DNA of 64,000 nucleotides from Klebsormidium nitens. Its lineage: Eukaryota; Plantae; Klebsormidiophyceae. The translations under genes were made by a program, and so were the position numbers. The stretch's first letter is position 1; every line of letters begins with the position of its first letter. The notes beneath the pieces were generated by a model. That model ran no database searches and was not told the origin of the DNA. It saw nothing but the letters and a program-made list of their open reading frames with translations. Location of the stretch: positions 1-64,000 of the forward strand of contig DF237314.1 in the NCBI GenBank assembly GCA_000708835.1. The letters run 5' to 3'. Shown piece after piece: positions 23,653 through 36,093 of the stretch.

Positions 23653-26600
23653 TCAAGAGAACTTAGCAAATATGCCTATGTGCCTGGACAAACAGTAAAA
23701 TCTACCGTTGAGGCACTTCCGAACACCCTGCATCCGATGCGTCCTGGCAGCCTCACCTTCCGCCTCTGCGCTACCATTATGGCCGGCAGCTTTCGCCTTG
23801 AGTTCCGCGTGCGCCTTCCGCTTCTTCCGGCTGATCAGGATCTTGGTCAGCCACCTGAAGTAGCGCGTCTCGGGGAACGGTTTGTTGGGCACAGGGAGCA
23901 GCTTCACGAGCGCGGCAATGGGCATGCCAACCAGCCCGATGATCACGCACACGATCCACTGCCACCAATTGAGGGGGGTGGTGGTGGCGAAATCCCCGAG
24001 GAACTCGACGATGATGATCTGCCATAAAGAAGAGACTAGAGTGAGGACTGTTGCGGGTGAGATGAGGGACTCGACGACAATGATCTGCCAGGAAACAAGG
24101 AACTGGAGTGAGGACTGTTGCGGAAGAAGCGGAGGAAGTCCGAAGGTGATCCGTCAAGAATGGAGGAACCAGAGAGAGAGAAGTATACTGTGGGTAAACT
24201 CAGGAAGGGTGCACTAAAATGCACGAAACCAGCTGCAAGCTTAGAAGATGAGAATCATTCTTAAGAGACGCTGACTGCGACTTTTGGTGAAGCAAACCAA
24301 CCGACCAGCTGATTTCAACAAGCAACATCAAATCCCCAATATGAATCAATCACCAGGCTGCAACATCTGGAGAAGACACACCTTCGATAATGCTAAGTGA
24401 GGCGAAGGCTAAAATGAAGTACACGACCTTTCAGACTTGCGGAATGGGGGAGCGCTGCAGACCCGAGTGAAGAGGACGGTTGCAAACAGCTCCGCAGCGG
24501 GAAAATCTGCAGCTGAGCTTCCTACCTGCAGCCCGATCGTGATGAAGATGATGCCCACAAACATCTTGTTCTTGAAAAATCCCTCGAAGCAGTTGACCTG
24601 TTCAGGCTTGCGAGAGCTGATTTCGTTGAAAATCTGCACGGGAGCAACAACGAAGCGCGAGTTGATAGTCGGTTTCGCGCGGGAGTTGCAGAGTGCACGA
24701 CCAAAAAACACACTTTCTACGTGAGAAAATGCAAGACAGGAGAACAGACGAGGAGAGGATGGTACTGCTACGGTACTTCTACATCAAGCAACAGGAAATA
24801 GTTTTCCTTTGAACGGACCTTTTCTGACTGCTTCCATAAGCTTCCTCATCTCAATCGGCCACCCCAGAGACTGACAGGAGTGATGTGCTAGTGAAGGGCA
24901 CGCTAATAGTGGCACATGACTCACTTGGCAGAAGACGAAGGCGTTGAAGATCATGGTGCCGTTGAGGAGCGTGGAGTGCGTCTCTTTTCCAACCCTCGGT
25001 GGCGGGTAGCCCGCGTCCGAGAAACCGAAGATGCTTTTGCCTGCAACAAACAAACCAACCCTCAGATGAAGCTTTCCACGAGTGCAGAGGCTCAGGTATC
25101 AGCCGGGTGTCAATGCTTTGAGCATGTGCGTCCGAGACCGCTAAGGCGTCCCTACAAAGACGCCCTTGTTTCGAGGCTTGCTTCCAAACCTCTCTGCATA
25201 TCTTAAAACCACCGGGCACTATAATACCTCCCTGGACTTGATACCCAACGAATCAACAAAACTTCCCTGCAGAACAGCCCAAAGCAGTACCGAGCGACTG
25301 TACATGTTCCCAACACCGCTCGCAAACCCAAGAACCGGCAGTTGGAGGCAGCAAGCAAAGCCTGCCAAAGCGAACAAGTAAGCGGAGGACCCGAGAATGG
25401 ATCTTGAAAGTCCACCCACCTCCAAACTGCAACGTGAACAGGACGATGAGTTGGTAGACCGCCTGGCCCGCGATGTTGCGGAACATGAAGTTGGTGATGA
25501 GCGGGGCGGTGCGTCCGACGGGGGGGCGCAGCAGGAGGTCGTCGGTGGGGGGTTCGGTGGCGAGTGCCAGCGCGCCCAAAGTGTCCATGATCAGGTTGAC
25601 CCACAGCAGCTGGACGGCGGTCAGCGGGACGTTGCCGCTGGCGAGCGCCGAGACGAAGTTGATGGAGAGCGCGACCACGTTGACGGTCAGCTGGAACTGG
25701 ATGAACTTCTGGATGTTGACGTACACGGAGCGGCCCCAGCGGATGACCTGGAATCGAGAAGGAGGCACGGGTCAGCAGAGTTAAGCGCCGGGGAATTCAG
25801 AGGGAACGAAGTGAAGGGGGATAGTAAGGCGCAAGCGGCTGGATGCAGAATTAGGTGTAGAAAGAAGCTAGAAGAAACAAACAAAAACGACGGCGCTTTC
25901 TGATGGCTGCAAACGCACATTAGGTGTTAAAGAAACTCGAAGAACAGACAAGGACAGTGATTTGCCGACCCACTCTGCCAAACCGAAAAATCTGAAACCA
26001 CTGGAAAAGGCGCCCGCCTGTGATACACGAGGCGAGTCCGTATGATATGGGGGGAAGGGGGCAGGGGGAGGGGGGAGCGTCGTTGCTTTATAAGGCAGCG
26101 TATCAGACTCCTTCAATGAGAGCAATTTTCTCCATCGTTTGCAAAACTCTAGCAAACAAGACCTCCCCATCAGTCAATAATACGGCAAGCGGCCGACGTG
26201 AAGCTCACCTTGACGATGGACGCAAAATTGTCATCCAGAATGATAATGTCGGAGCTCTCCTTGGCGACCTCCGTCCCGGCAATCCCCATGGACAGCCCGA
26301 TGTCGGCCTCATGCAGTGCGGGCGCGTCGTTGGTGCCGTCGCCCGTCACACCGACGACGTTGCCCATCGCTCGCAGCCGCTTCACCAGCATGTGCTTGTC
26401 GGTGGGGGAGGAGCGGGCCATCACCTAGAGACGTAGCTTTCACGAGTCAGGGTCGGGATTGTTGAAAATCCAGGGAAGTGCTGGGCGAGGCTTGATGACA
26501 AGATTCATGCATGAAGCTGCTGGTGAGCGTGCAACGCATTGACAAAGCTGGATCACCGCCCGCGAGACTTTCCGGAAATTTAAGGGAAGAAGCTACGACG

Positions 26601-29600
26601 ACGGTTCCCTATTCAAGCGTGCTTGCCAGATGTTTGGGGAACTGCCTCAAAGCCAGGTCGTCTCTGAAAGGAACGGATCCATCACGAGTGTGTTCTACAT
26701 ACAACCACAATTGATCTGAGTTTCATATCAAAAGCGGCCGTATTTGAAGTCCGCTCGAAAACAAGTCGCCTGGTCATGTAAGTCACAGTTCCCCAACGAC
26801 TTAGAGGCGCTTCCTCACCTGCAGCCTGGGCAGGAGTTTCTCCTGCTCCTCTATGCTCATGACCCGGAAGTCCTTGCCCTCAATGGCGACACCTCCCTCC
26901 GTCAGGATCCCGCACTCCTTGGCGATGGCCTTGGCCGTCACCACGTTGTCGCCCGTCACCATGCGCACCATCACACCAGCGCGCTGGCACAGGGCCACCG
27001 CCTCCGGAACTCCCGGGCGGCACGGGTCCTGGAAAATAGCGGAAACCTTTTGAGATCCCGCCGGGAGGAGGAGGGAAGATTCTCTTTTCAAAGCCCCACG
27101 TTCCTGCTGCTGAAGTTGGTCTGTAGCATATATGACCAGATAGCCAGCGGATGATGTTGTGATGCAAATATTAAGAGTCGCACCACCCTTCTGACAAGGG
27201 ACAAGACCGGCAGCACGGAGAGTGTCAAGCACCACTCAAAGTTTTCCTCCACAGCCGTTTGGGAAATGTTATGGTTGCAGATCGTAAAGATGCCACACCA
27301 GGAACGAGCTGGAATTGACGGGCGGGGATGCACTGAGAAATGAACCGGGCGCCGCACTCGACCCACCAGCAGCCCACCGAACAAGCAAAAGACGCCTCTC
27401 CGTCCCTCACCTTGATCCCCACGATTGCCATGCATGTCAGGCCCTCCTCCGGAACGGGCCACTCCTCGAGGCTCCCGGCAGGGATAGATGCCGGGTCTAG
27501 TTCTTTGTATGCCAGGCACAGCGTGCGCAGGCTGCCCTCTGCCATCCTTTGGATCTCGCCCTGCAGCTCTTGCACCTTCTCCGGGGTCAGGGCGTGCACC
27601 TGGTTGTCGGAGTCGAGGAAAGACGTGCAGAGCCCCAGGACGATCTCAGAGGCGCCCTTCCAATGCACGCGGACGGAGCCGTCCTTTCTCTGCAAAAGTT
27701 AGCAACGACTTGAATTTTCAATTCTAGTTTCAAGTGGCGAGAGAAGCGGAAATAAAACCCAAAGCCCTGTTCTGCAAAGGAGGAGCAGCGTCTAAGTGCT
27801 CAAGCCTATCTTTGGAAGGGGAAAGCAGGGCCCTGAAATTGACCATTCCATCTGCTGGAAGGGGAAGCAAGGACTCGAGCTTCTGACCATATGACCGACT
27901 GAAGGAGATATTACCCGTTGAGAGCAAGTGGACCAAACTGCCACTGGAAGTGACCCCGACAGACCGGTGCATCCAGATTGTCCTCTGAGGTGGTAAGACA
28001 AATTCGATACCAAATCAGAAATGCACCAGCTGAGCATGAGGAAGCCGTAATATCGAGTGTATGTTGGGCGAATAACACATGCATCAGTCAGGTTTTCAGC
28101 ACACGTATGTTTACCGGATATGCCCCTTCTTAGAGAGCTGGCTTACCTTGACAGCGACGCCCATTCTCTTCTTGGCCGAGTTGAAGGGCTCAATAGCGAT
28201 GACGGAAGCCAGGGCCTTGGTCTCTTCGAAGTTGCCTCCGAGCTGTAAAAACCGGACCCTAGCCTTAGCGCGTGATGACAGAAATTCGTAGACCAGATCA
28301 GCAGAGCATTCAAACGGACCGGACACAGCTCAAGACGAAACGGCTTAGAACGACTTCGTCAGGTGCTAGCATCGGTCCGCCCAAAATGGAGAGGCAACAA
28401 CAAATAGATATTAGCATTCCAATTGCCACTCATTGGCATGAATACAGCAACAAAGACCGGTGCCCGACTTTCAGCGAAAATCGACCATGATGAAATTTTG
28501 GAGTCACCATCTGCAACAATCCACTCGGGCTTACCTTCACTCCGAAAGTTAGCACTGCAGCCTCGGTGGGGCTCCCAGAAACCTCGGGAGCGCCACCGTC
28601 CTTGGGCACGAACACGCTCCCGTTGGTGTTGTTAAAGACACTCTCTTTGAGCAAGCCGAGAGCGTCATCTTGGAGGGCAGTCGCCAGGGTGTCGGGCTCC
28701 TTAAGGGAGCCGCAAATCCAGGACGCTACCACCGACATCTGAGAACAAGAACAGAAGGACTTAGTCAGAATAGACGCGCAGCTGGAGATAGGTGTCGATG
28801 CTACAAGCAAGGATGCAAGCTTGATCGCCTTCAAGCTGCACAAATATCAATCATTCCATTAACGGAAAGATGCAGTCCTGCTTCATCTCCTCTCACAGAT
28901 GGTCGGGGGCGCACTGAATCCGACGAGATCACGCTGGCACTGCCAAGAAGATAGGTGAGGGCACGTTTGGAATGAGCCCAGAAGTGCAAACCTTCAGACG
29001 TACAACAGACAGGACAGGTGAGCTGGGAAAGGCGTTAGGAAGATCCCTGACCTGGTTGAGAGTTAGCGTGCCCGTCTTGTCACTGCAAATAGTCGTGGCA
29101 GAGCCCATCGTCTCGCACGCGGCTAGATGCCGCACAAGCGCCTTGTCGTTCATCATCTTGCGCATGGAGTATGCCAAACTGACAGACCCAAACGGAGTGT
29201 TCAGAATCAATAATAATCTTAGTCCGGAAATGAGCCCTCTACAGAAGAGGGCATGGAACGAGGCATGGGCGACGTTTTGACGACCAGATCATCGAAGGCA
29301 TGGGCGTATCACGAGACACGAAAACAATGATAACCCGTGCATCTGACTACGGAAGCCGGCAACAATTGGTAAAAGCACCAAAAAAATCTGATCATTGCAG
29401 CATGGGAAGACTCGTTCAAGTGGGAGGAATGCGCTTCCAAAGACCGGAATCTGCACTTGCAAAGAATCAAAGTGCGACATTTCACTCACGTGAGAGTAAC
29501 AGCCAAGGGCAGCCCTTCTGGCACGGCCACCACCACGATGGTAACAGCAATGGAGAAGTATTCGACAATCCGATTGCCCTCCTCGCCTCCAAAATGGCCA

Positions 29601-32600
29601 TAGTCGACGGTGGCAAAGAACCTGCAAAGCAGCAACTCCCCAGAATGAGGGCGCTGCCAGAAACCTCTGGCCTGTTCTGGATGCCTCAGCAAGTCAGGCG
29701 GTCCAAAGCCTGCGGCAGGCCTTCGAACGGGACTCTTGCTCCTTGACCCAAACGCAACGGAGGTTTAGAAGTCTCAGCCCACAGCCATATCCATATCTTT
29801 GGGTGCAAAGAACGAGCACCTCTCAGGTCGACCACCAATCTGGCCGATAGGGGCCTCAATCGAAGTTGTGGCCCTTCTTGAACAAGCCACTTGGATTCCG
29901 GCACAACTTAGGAAGCACCATGTGCGCACCTGATCATCAACACGATGAAGGTGAACACGGCGACCAGCAGACCCATCTTTCCGATGGCGGTGGCAGCTCC
30001 GTTCAACCGCACTTGCAGCGGCGTCTCCTCATCGACATCCTCGCTCAGGGTCGCCATCACCTTGCCCCACTCGGTGTGCATACCCACTCCCGTGAGCTGC
30101 GAAAAGATTCTCCGGATCAGCCACAAGCAGAAACGGCTTCAACCTCTAGAAGGAAATTCGCATAAAGTGATGTTACCGAGGCGCAGAATTCCAGCTTGCA
30201 AGAAAAGTTCGCCAACCAAATCTCTGTGGATATCTTGGATGCCATACGCTGTGGCAGGTCGTCAACAAAAGATGACATTGAGGGCGGCCAAAACAAGGTG
30301 ACGTAAGCTTCCGATCTCACAGGTTGGTGACTCAGGAAGACCAATTACCACATAGTCGGCTACCTCGTATTCTTGCGATTGTGGGGAAGGAAGGATGGGA
30401 GGCCTCAGGAGCTCACCACCATGGTGCCCATCCCATCAGAAACCTTGGTTCCCGCCATCATGAACGGCTTCTGCTCGTTCTTGTGCATCTGTGGGGCAGG
30501 GGACAAGCGCGCTATGTAAGGTGCGCATGTAAGAGAAGGTGAGCAGAAGAAGACACTTTCAATCAAACTCTGCGAAACCATTTGTTTGCAGCGAAAAGTG
30601 GGGCAAAGGCAAAGTGCTGCTAGTGCTATCAACCAAGGATATCAAGTTGCTCGCACTCACTGGCTGGCTTTCCCCCGTCATGCTGGACTCATCAATGGTC
30701 AGCTGGTGACCCTGGACGAAGATACCATCTCCTGGAACCTGGTCCCCGATGTTGAGGAAAATGATGTCCCCCACGACCAAGTCAAAGATGAGCACCTTCT
30801 CCCGCTTGCCGCCACGAACGACCTGCGAATCAAGCCTAATTATCGGTTCTTTGTCCTATGACCAGAAGCAGCCAGCACAATCCCTCTTGGCATGTCTAAA
30901 ATCACAACGATTTCAGCTTACCACAAGTCGGACTCGCAGACTTGGTCGATGTCAGGCTCTAAAGAAGTTTGAGATCCTCAGAAGATTCAGATCCTCATTA
31001 TCTCGAACCACCAAGCACCAACAGAGTCCCCTGCTTTTGTGATGATCAGTCCAATTTGTGGAAAGCTGGCAGTGTGTGCCTTCTTCACCATGCGTAAGAA
31101 ACAAAATCGCATCAGCTTCCAGCAATGGTGCAACATACGTCTTTCAAAGCTGTGGTTGACTACCTGACAGTAGCAGTGGCAAAGGGAACTGCAAGCCATA
31201 CTTACATTTATGTAGATCTTGCCCTTCTCTTTATTCAAGTTCGCAAACTGCAGGGACTGCCTCCAATCACTGATAGCTGCAAACATTGTGAAACATGGGA
31301 ACATCAGGGCATGCTCGAGAAAAACTTAGCCTTTCTCTTCAGAAAACTCGACTCGAGACCGTGCCAAACCAAACAACGATCTTAGCCAGAGTAAAACCTG
31401 GCTGACACGAGATATCCTGAAAATCAGGAGGGGACTCAACCAAGCAACGCCTCTCTCTCAAGAAGGAAGGTGCGCTGCATGTCAACATCTCCCGGATCAC
31501 ATGAACACATTAGTGGTTGTTATGACCACAGATGACACCACTGGCCACTACAGCCACCTGAAATTTGTAAGATAGCCAAGAACAAAAAAAACAGTCATTG
31601 CTCCACAGACTGACCTGTGACAAAAACACAAAGGGTGACGGCAAAACCAATGCCTGCACCGTCGTACCACCCAGTTTTCGTTCCCTGGCAAAACAAACAA
31701 GGATGTCAGCTGAAGCCCGATTGGGTCACCACCTTAAACTGACCCTTACGTAGCGACCACTTCCCTTTCTGCACTTCATGTTTCACAACGGTGCTCTTGG
31801 CAGACTACTTCTCATCCATGTATGCTTACATGCACAAATGGTCTCAGCCAAGTGATTGACAAAGATAGTCGCTTTCTTTTGATGCTTCTCTGATCAATCT
31901 CATCTCACCTGTGTATTCATCTCCACCGCCAAGGAAACAACAGCACAGATTGCTAGGATGATCAAAGTCGTGTCCTGGCAAGCCTCCCAAACAAAACGCT
32001 GCGGACAAAAGATGCAGGGAGGGTTTGGTTGACAGCTTCGTGGGAAGCTGAACAAGCACTGTGGCAAAGTATGGAGGAAAATGGTAGATGGCTAACACTA
32101 TGCTGAGGTATGCAGACCAAGATATATTGGCAATCTTTGCAGCATCGACGACCAAACGGGAAAGTAAGCTATAATCCGATCAATCTGCTGTTGACATGGT
32201 CAGCTCAAAGAGGCCGGCATCAATCATAGATGAAGTAGCTCCCAACACGCAGCTCAACGAAACACATACCCAAAAAGGCTTTCGCGGCTTCTCTGGATGA
32301 GTGTTGGTTCCAAACTTCTCTTGGCGGGCCGCGACATCCTCTGGAGTTCCAGAAATGCCGTCTTCAGGATCAGTCTTCAAGGTCTGGCAAATTCCTTGAA
32401 CCTGGAGCAATCAAAATATCCAATGAGCTGAATAAAAGGGTGGAAAGAAATTGCTTCTTTTGCCACTTGAACTTTTCACCGAAAAGGCGATGGTGGCATT
32501 CTGCTGTGCCCACATTCCCATGAAAGAGTTCTTCTCAGCTGCCAGATGCTCCTGAGCTGCACAACCTGAGCTCCATAAAACTTTCGAAGGGAATAGACTG

Positions 32601-33906
32601 CCAAGCTCAATCATGGCGTTAGCTGTTGCCGACATGTCATCGACCATCGGTCATCGGTCTTCAGTTTTCAAATCCCGATGTCCCTTCTCAAGAGCAAACA
32701 AGCGTCTAAAGTTACTCATTGGGCGCCTGACTATTGCACGGGAACAACCAGCATACCACCAATCTTTACATCAGATCAACAGATTTGTTGACATGTCAGC
32801 TCTCGCCACACCAATCTTGCCTGTGAGGGGTACTCCGATTGTTTGTTGAAGCTCAACATCTCACATGGAGGTGTCTAAAGGACAAACCACAAATTGAGTT
32901 CAAGCGCCTGTAGCTCTCCACCGCAAGCAAGGCATGGCTTACAAGCAACACAAGCTGCAAAATTAATCATTTGAAAACAGTGAGTACTATTCAAAGGAAG
33001 CTTGAAACTCACCCCTCCCAGTTGAGGAAGAACTGACGCGTCTCCTGCTGCAACAAGGTCCGAGAGCTCCTCCGCAGTATAATCTGCCGGCACCGCAACT
33101 GGAAAACAACAACTCGCCATCAATGAAGACGACAGCAATCCAGTTGCTTGCAGCATATCAAAGTAAGGAAGCCGAATCACAAAAGCGAACACGTCTGATT
33201 CGATCACATTATGCAACACATAAGGGCTGAACGAAGCAGCTCAACCATCAGGATGCGAGCGTCAAGTAACTTGCCTTCCTGTGTCTTCTTCAAAGTGGAG
33301 TTCTTGAAGCGGGCCGCAGCCTGCATTCACAAAAGCGCAAGTAGCGTCAGAGACACCAGCCTCTCTTCTCCATGTTACCTTACATAAATTTGATGCTGGG
33401 ACACCAACTAGGAAATCCTTGATATGCATGCAGCTCAAAGAATAATGATGGAATTCAGCACTTTCACAAATTGAGTTCCTCCTTGCTGGGTTGAAAACAG
33501 GGAACGCTGGCATGATGATATTGTTGGCACTCACCATGGCAACATGTCCTGCTGTTTTGAAACGGCCCAGGCGCTGCAGTCTCCTCTCCTCAACCCGATT
33601 CAAGTTTGCGGTGTACCGGAAGCGCCTTGATGCATTCAACGCCAGCGTGGCACTCTGCATACGTGGGATTCTGATTAGAAACCATAGACGTTGAATTCCA
33701 AAAGCAAACGATCGCACATCCGCACCACTTTCGCGTCCTGAGAGCATTCAACCAGGACTCATGCAGAAGGGATGGCAACATACCCGCCATTTTCGTAGTG
33801 CGTCGACAGGGGGTTTCGGGGGGATGATGAAAGGGTCCTCATCATCCATAACCTGGCCCGCCTCTGAAAGCTGTGGCGAAGCAAGTGGCTTTACTGCTCC
33901 CGCCAT
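23653..33906 (-). CDS. ACA: Autoinhibited P2B-type Ca2+-ATPase (ACA8/9/10-like), ~1106 aa, 22 exons
   Basis: Phase-consistent exons 33906-33784, 33654-33535, 33320-33275, 33098-33013, 32401-32270, 31998-31909, 31684-31615, 31276-31206, 30822-30661, 30488-30417, 30096-29930, 29621-29490, 29178-29052, 28738-28535, 28242-28147, 27689-27411, 27028-26819, 26424-26209, 25747-25420, 25040-24925, 24633-24526, 24018-23653. Motifs DPFIIP...LRKWR|[15 protein letters not shown] (CaM-binding), [42 protein letters not shown]. The extreme C-terminus is uncertain. Confidence 0.97.
24002..24123. repeat. 66-bp-period duplication of the last acceptor site and exon start of the Ca-ATPase
   Basis: Minus strand ...cctggcag|atcattgtcgtcgagtcc (24084) repeats ...ttatggcag|atcatcatcgtcgagttcc (24018). 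Confidence 0.9.
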
Positions 33907-36093
33907 CTCTGATCTTCAAAAAGGCCTGCCCAGCACAAGGTGAAAACAAACTGTCACAGCCGCGTCTCCTCGGCTACAAAACCTAAAACTTTGTGACAAT
34001 TTTCCCAACTCTTCCTGTAAGCCCTCCCTGTCAGGTGCCGTCCTCCAGAAACGGCGCCTTCTTCTGCAAGCGCCGACAGAGGTCTGCCCCAATCGCTATC
34101 AACACTTCCAACTTGGCATCAGGAAAGGAGGCTGCAGTGTACTGTGTGAGTCGTGACCCCTAAAACTTAGTAGAGGGCGCAGTCCGCATGACTGAGCAGT
34201 ACCTAGATCAAGACTCGAGCGCTGTACTGAGAGGGGTTGCGCAGAAATTTCCTGCCAGGTGTTGTTTCCTGCCTCGTACTAAGGCCGCCCACTGGTAAAT
34301 CCATGTTTAAACGGTAGGTTGGTTTGTGTCAAACTTCACACCTAACCGTTTGCACTTGAGCCCCCAATCGTACGCCCTTCGCTTCTGTATATCACATCGG
34401 ACGGCCTCGGGGTCTTCATAGTCCCCGATGTCGGCGGTTAGGCTGTGTCTTGTTTGCTTAACTTGCATCAGTTAGTGCACTAAACAATTAATCAATTGCA
34501 ACTCGCTTTGCCAGGTGGACTCGATGACACCATCAAGCACCTGGTACATACCGACTGTACTCTGACACCCAGGTACCTACCGCGTAGCGGACAGTGAAAT
34601 TTGCAAAAATTGATATGCCCTCTGACAACCACCGGGCACAAACGATGAGAAAATAATTGTACCCAATCTTGCAGAACGAGTTCCCGGGCGCACCCGTGAG
34701 GGTCTAGTCAGATCTAGTGCCTACACTGCCTAGTGTTATAGGTACCCAAGTTTTAGAACGCACGAGGACAGAAATCTTACTGGGTATGCAATTCATACGA
34801 CTCCATTTACTTGTACCGGCTGAGGTGCACCCACTTTCCACGAAGTTGAACGAAACGTGTGTTGACATCTGTTCATGTCCTCATTCGCGTGAGTCGTGGA
34901 AAAAGATTCGCCAGAGTCGGATACCGGTATGTCCCGAGTTCCGACTCCCAAGTCCCGGGTGCGTTGATGCAGTGTACCTGCTGTGTCACCTTGAGGCTTG
35001 AGTGTGCACCCTGGCGGGTATAGGCTGTAGCTACCCACTTAACCGGGTGTTTCCACTAACCTCCTTGAAAATACTTTGGGAGCGGTGTGAAATGGCGCCA
35101 TGAAGCACAATGAGCAGCTTGTACCTACACAGGTACGGTACCAACCTCGGTACCGTACTACAGATTGTGTACAACGATGAGTACTGGGCTCGAGCCGGGC
35201 CGCCGGGCCGGCCAGTTGCGCTTGGCAATGCGATGTCGACACCGGAAGGTGTACATGGTGCAGCCAGTTCCGCCATGATGTCGCACGGGCGATGGCTGTT
35301 TGTAGTACCGGTACTACCTACTGGTACCTACTACGTACCTACTAGCCACACAGAAATGGACATACATACATGAACCATGCGAGAACCTATCCAGCATTCC
35401 AGCATGCTGATTACTGATTACTGAGTCCTCGTCTTTCCGTTCTCCGGGCCGGCGTTTGGAGTACGGTATGGAGACTTCTCTTAAAGCTGTAAAGCCCGTG
35501 CGTATCAAAGGCATGGGGCGCGTGACACATGGTAGTATCACATGGTGTGGGGTCAGCAATCCGGACATCGTCCAAATTCCGCTAAACTTAGAACGTATCG
35601 ATTCTTGGAGCTTTTCAGCTTTGAACCTTGACAGCTTGAGCATCTTGCACTTTGCATGAAGAAAATATCATCTGGCCCCCACTTATCATTGCATCTTTCT
35701 CAGCGAACTTCTCCTGCAAGCTCTTGCCTGATGGATGCGAGCTAGGATCACACGCTAAGAGGTCTCCTGATTTCACTCCTCAATTGTGACAAACCCCAGC
35801 AAGAAACGACGTAATTGCATACGATTTACCAGCATTGTGATTTTCAATTATATGACCTCCATACCGAACCTTAACTTACTCGGTAGACTTATCTACACAC
35901 AAACTTATAAGAAAAGAATCTTTCGGTTTACCTTTCAATGATGACGATCCTATTGGATTGTACACTAGCACTACTGCAAGCACCTTGCATTCACTCCACA
36001 TCACTTTCCGGGGCAGATGTGGTTAGATTAAAGTTGCATGAGCTTTTCAACACAGAAGCGGAGGGGCGGATTATGCAAGCTCACAACAAGGCA

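Noticed and set aside
25397-25903. 168-aa plus-strand ORF and similar ORFs at 26020-26436, 26744-27154 and 27340-27702
   Set aside because: Antisense shadows of GC-rich Ca-ATPase exons; no independent motifs.
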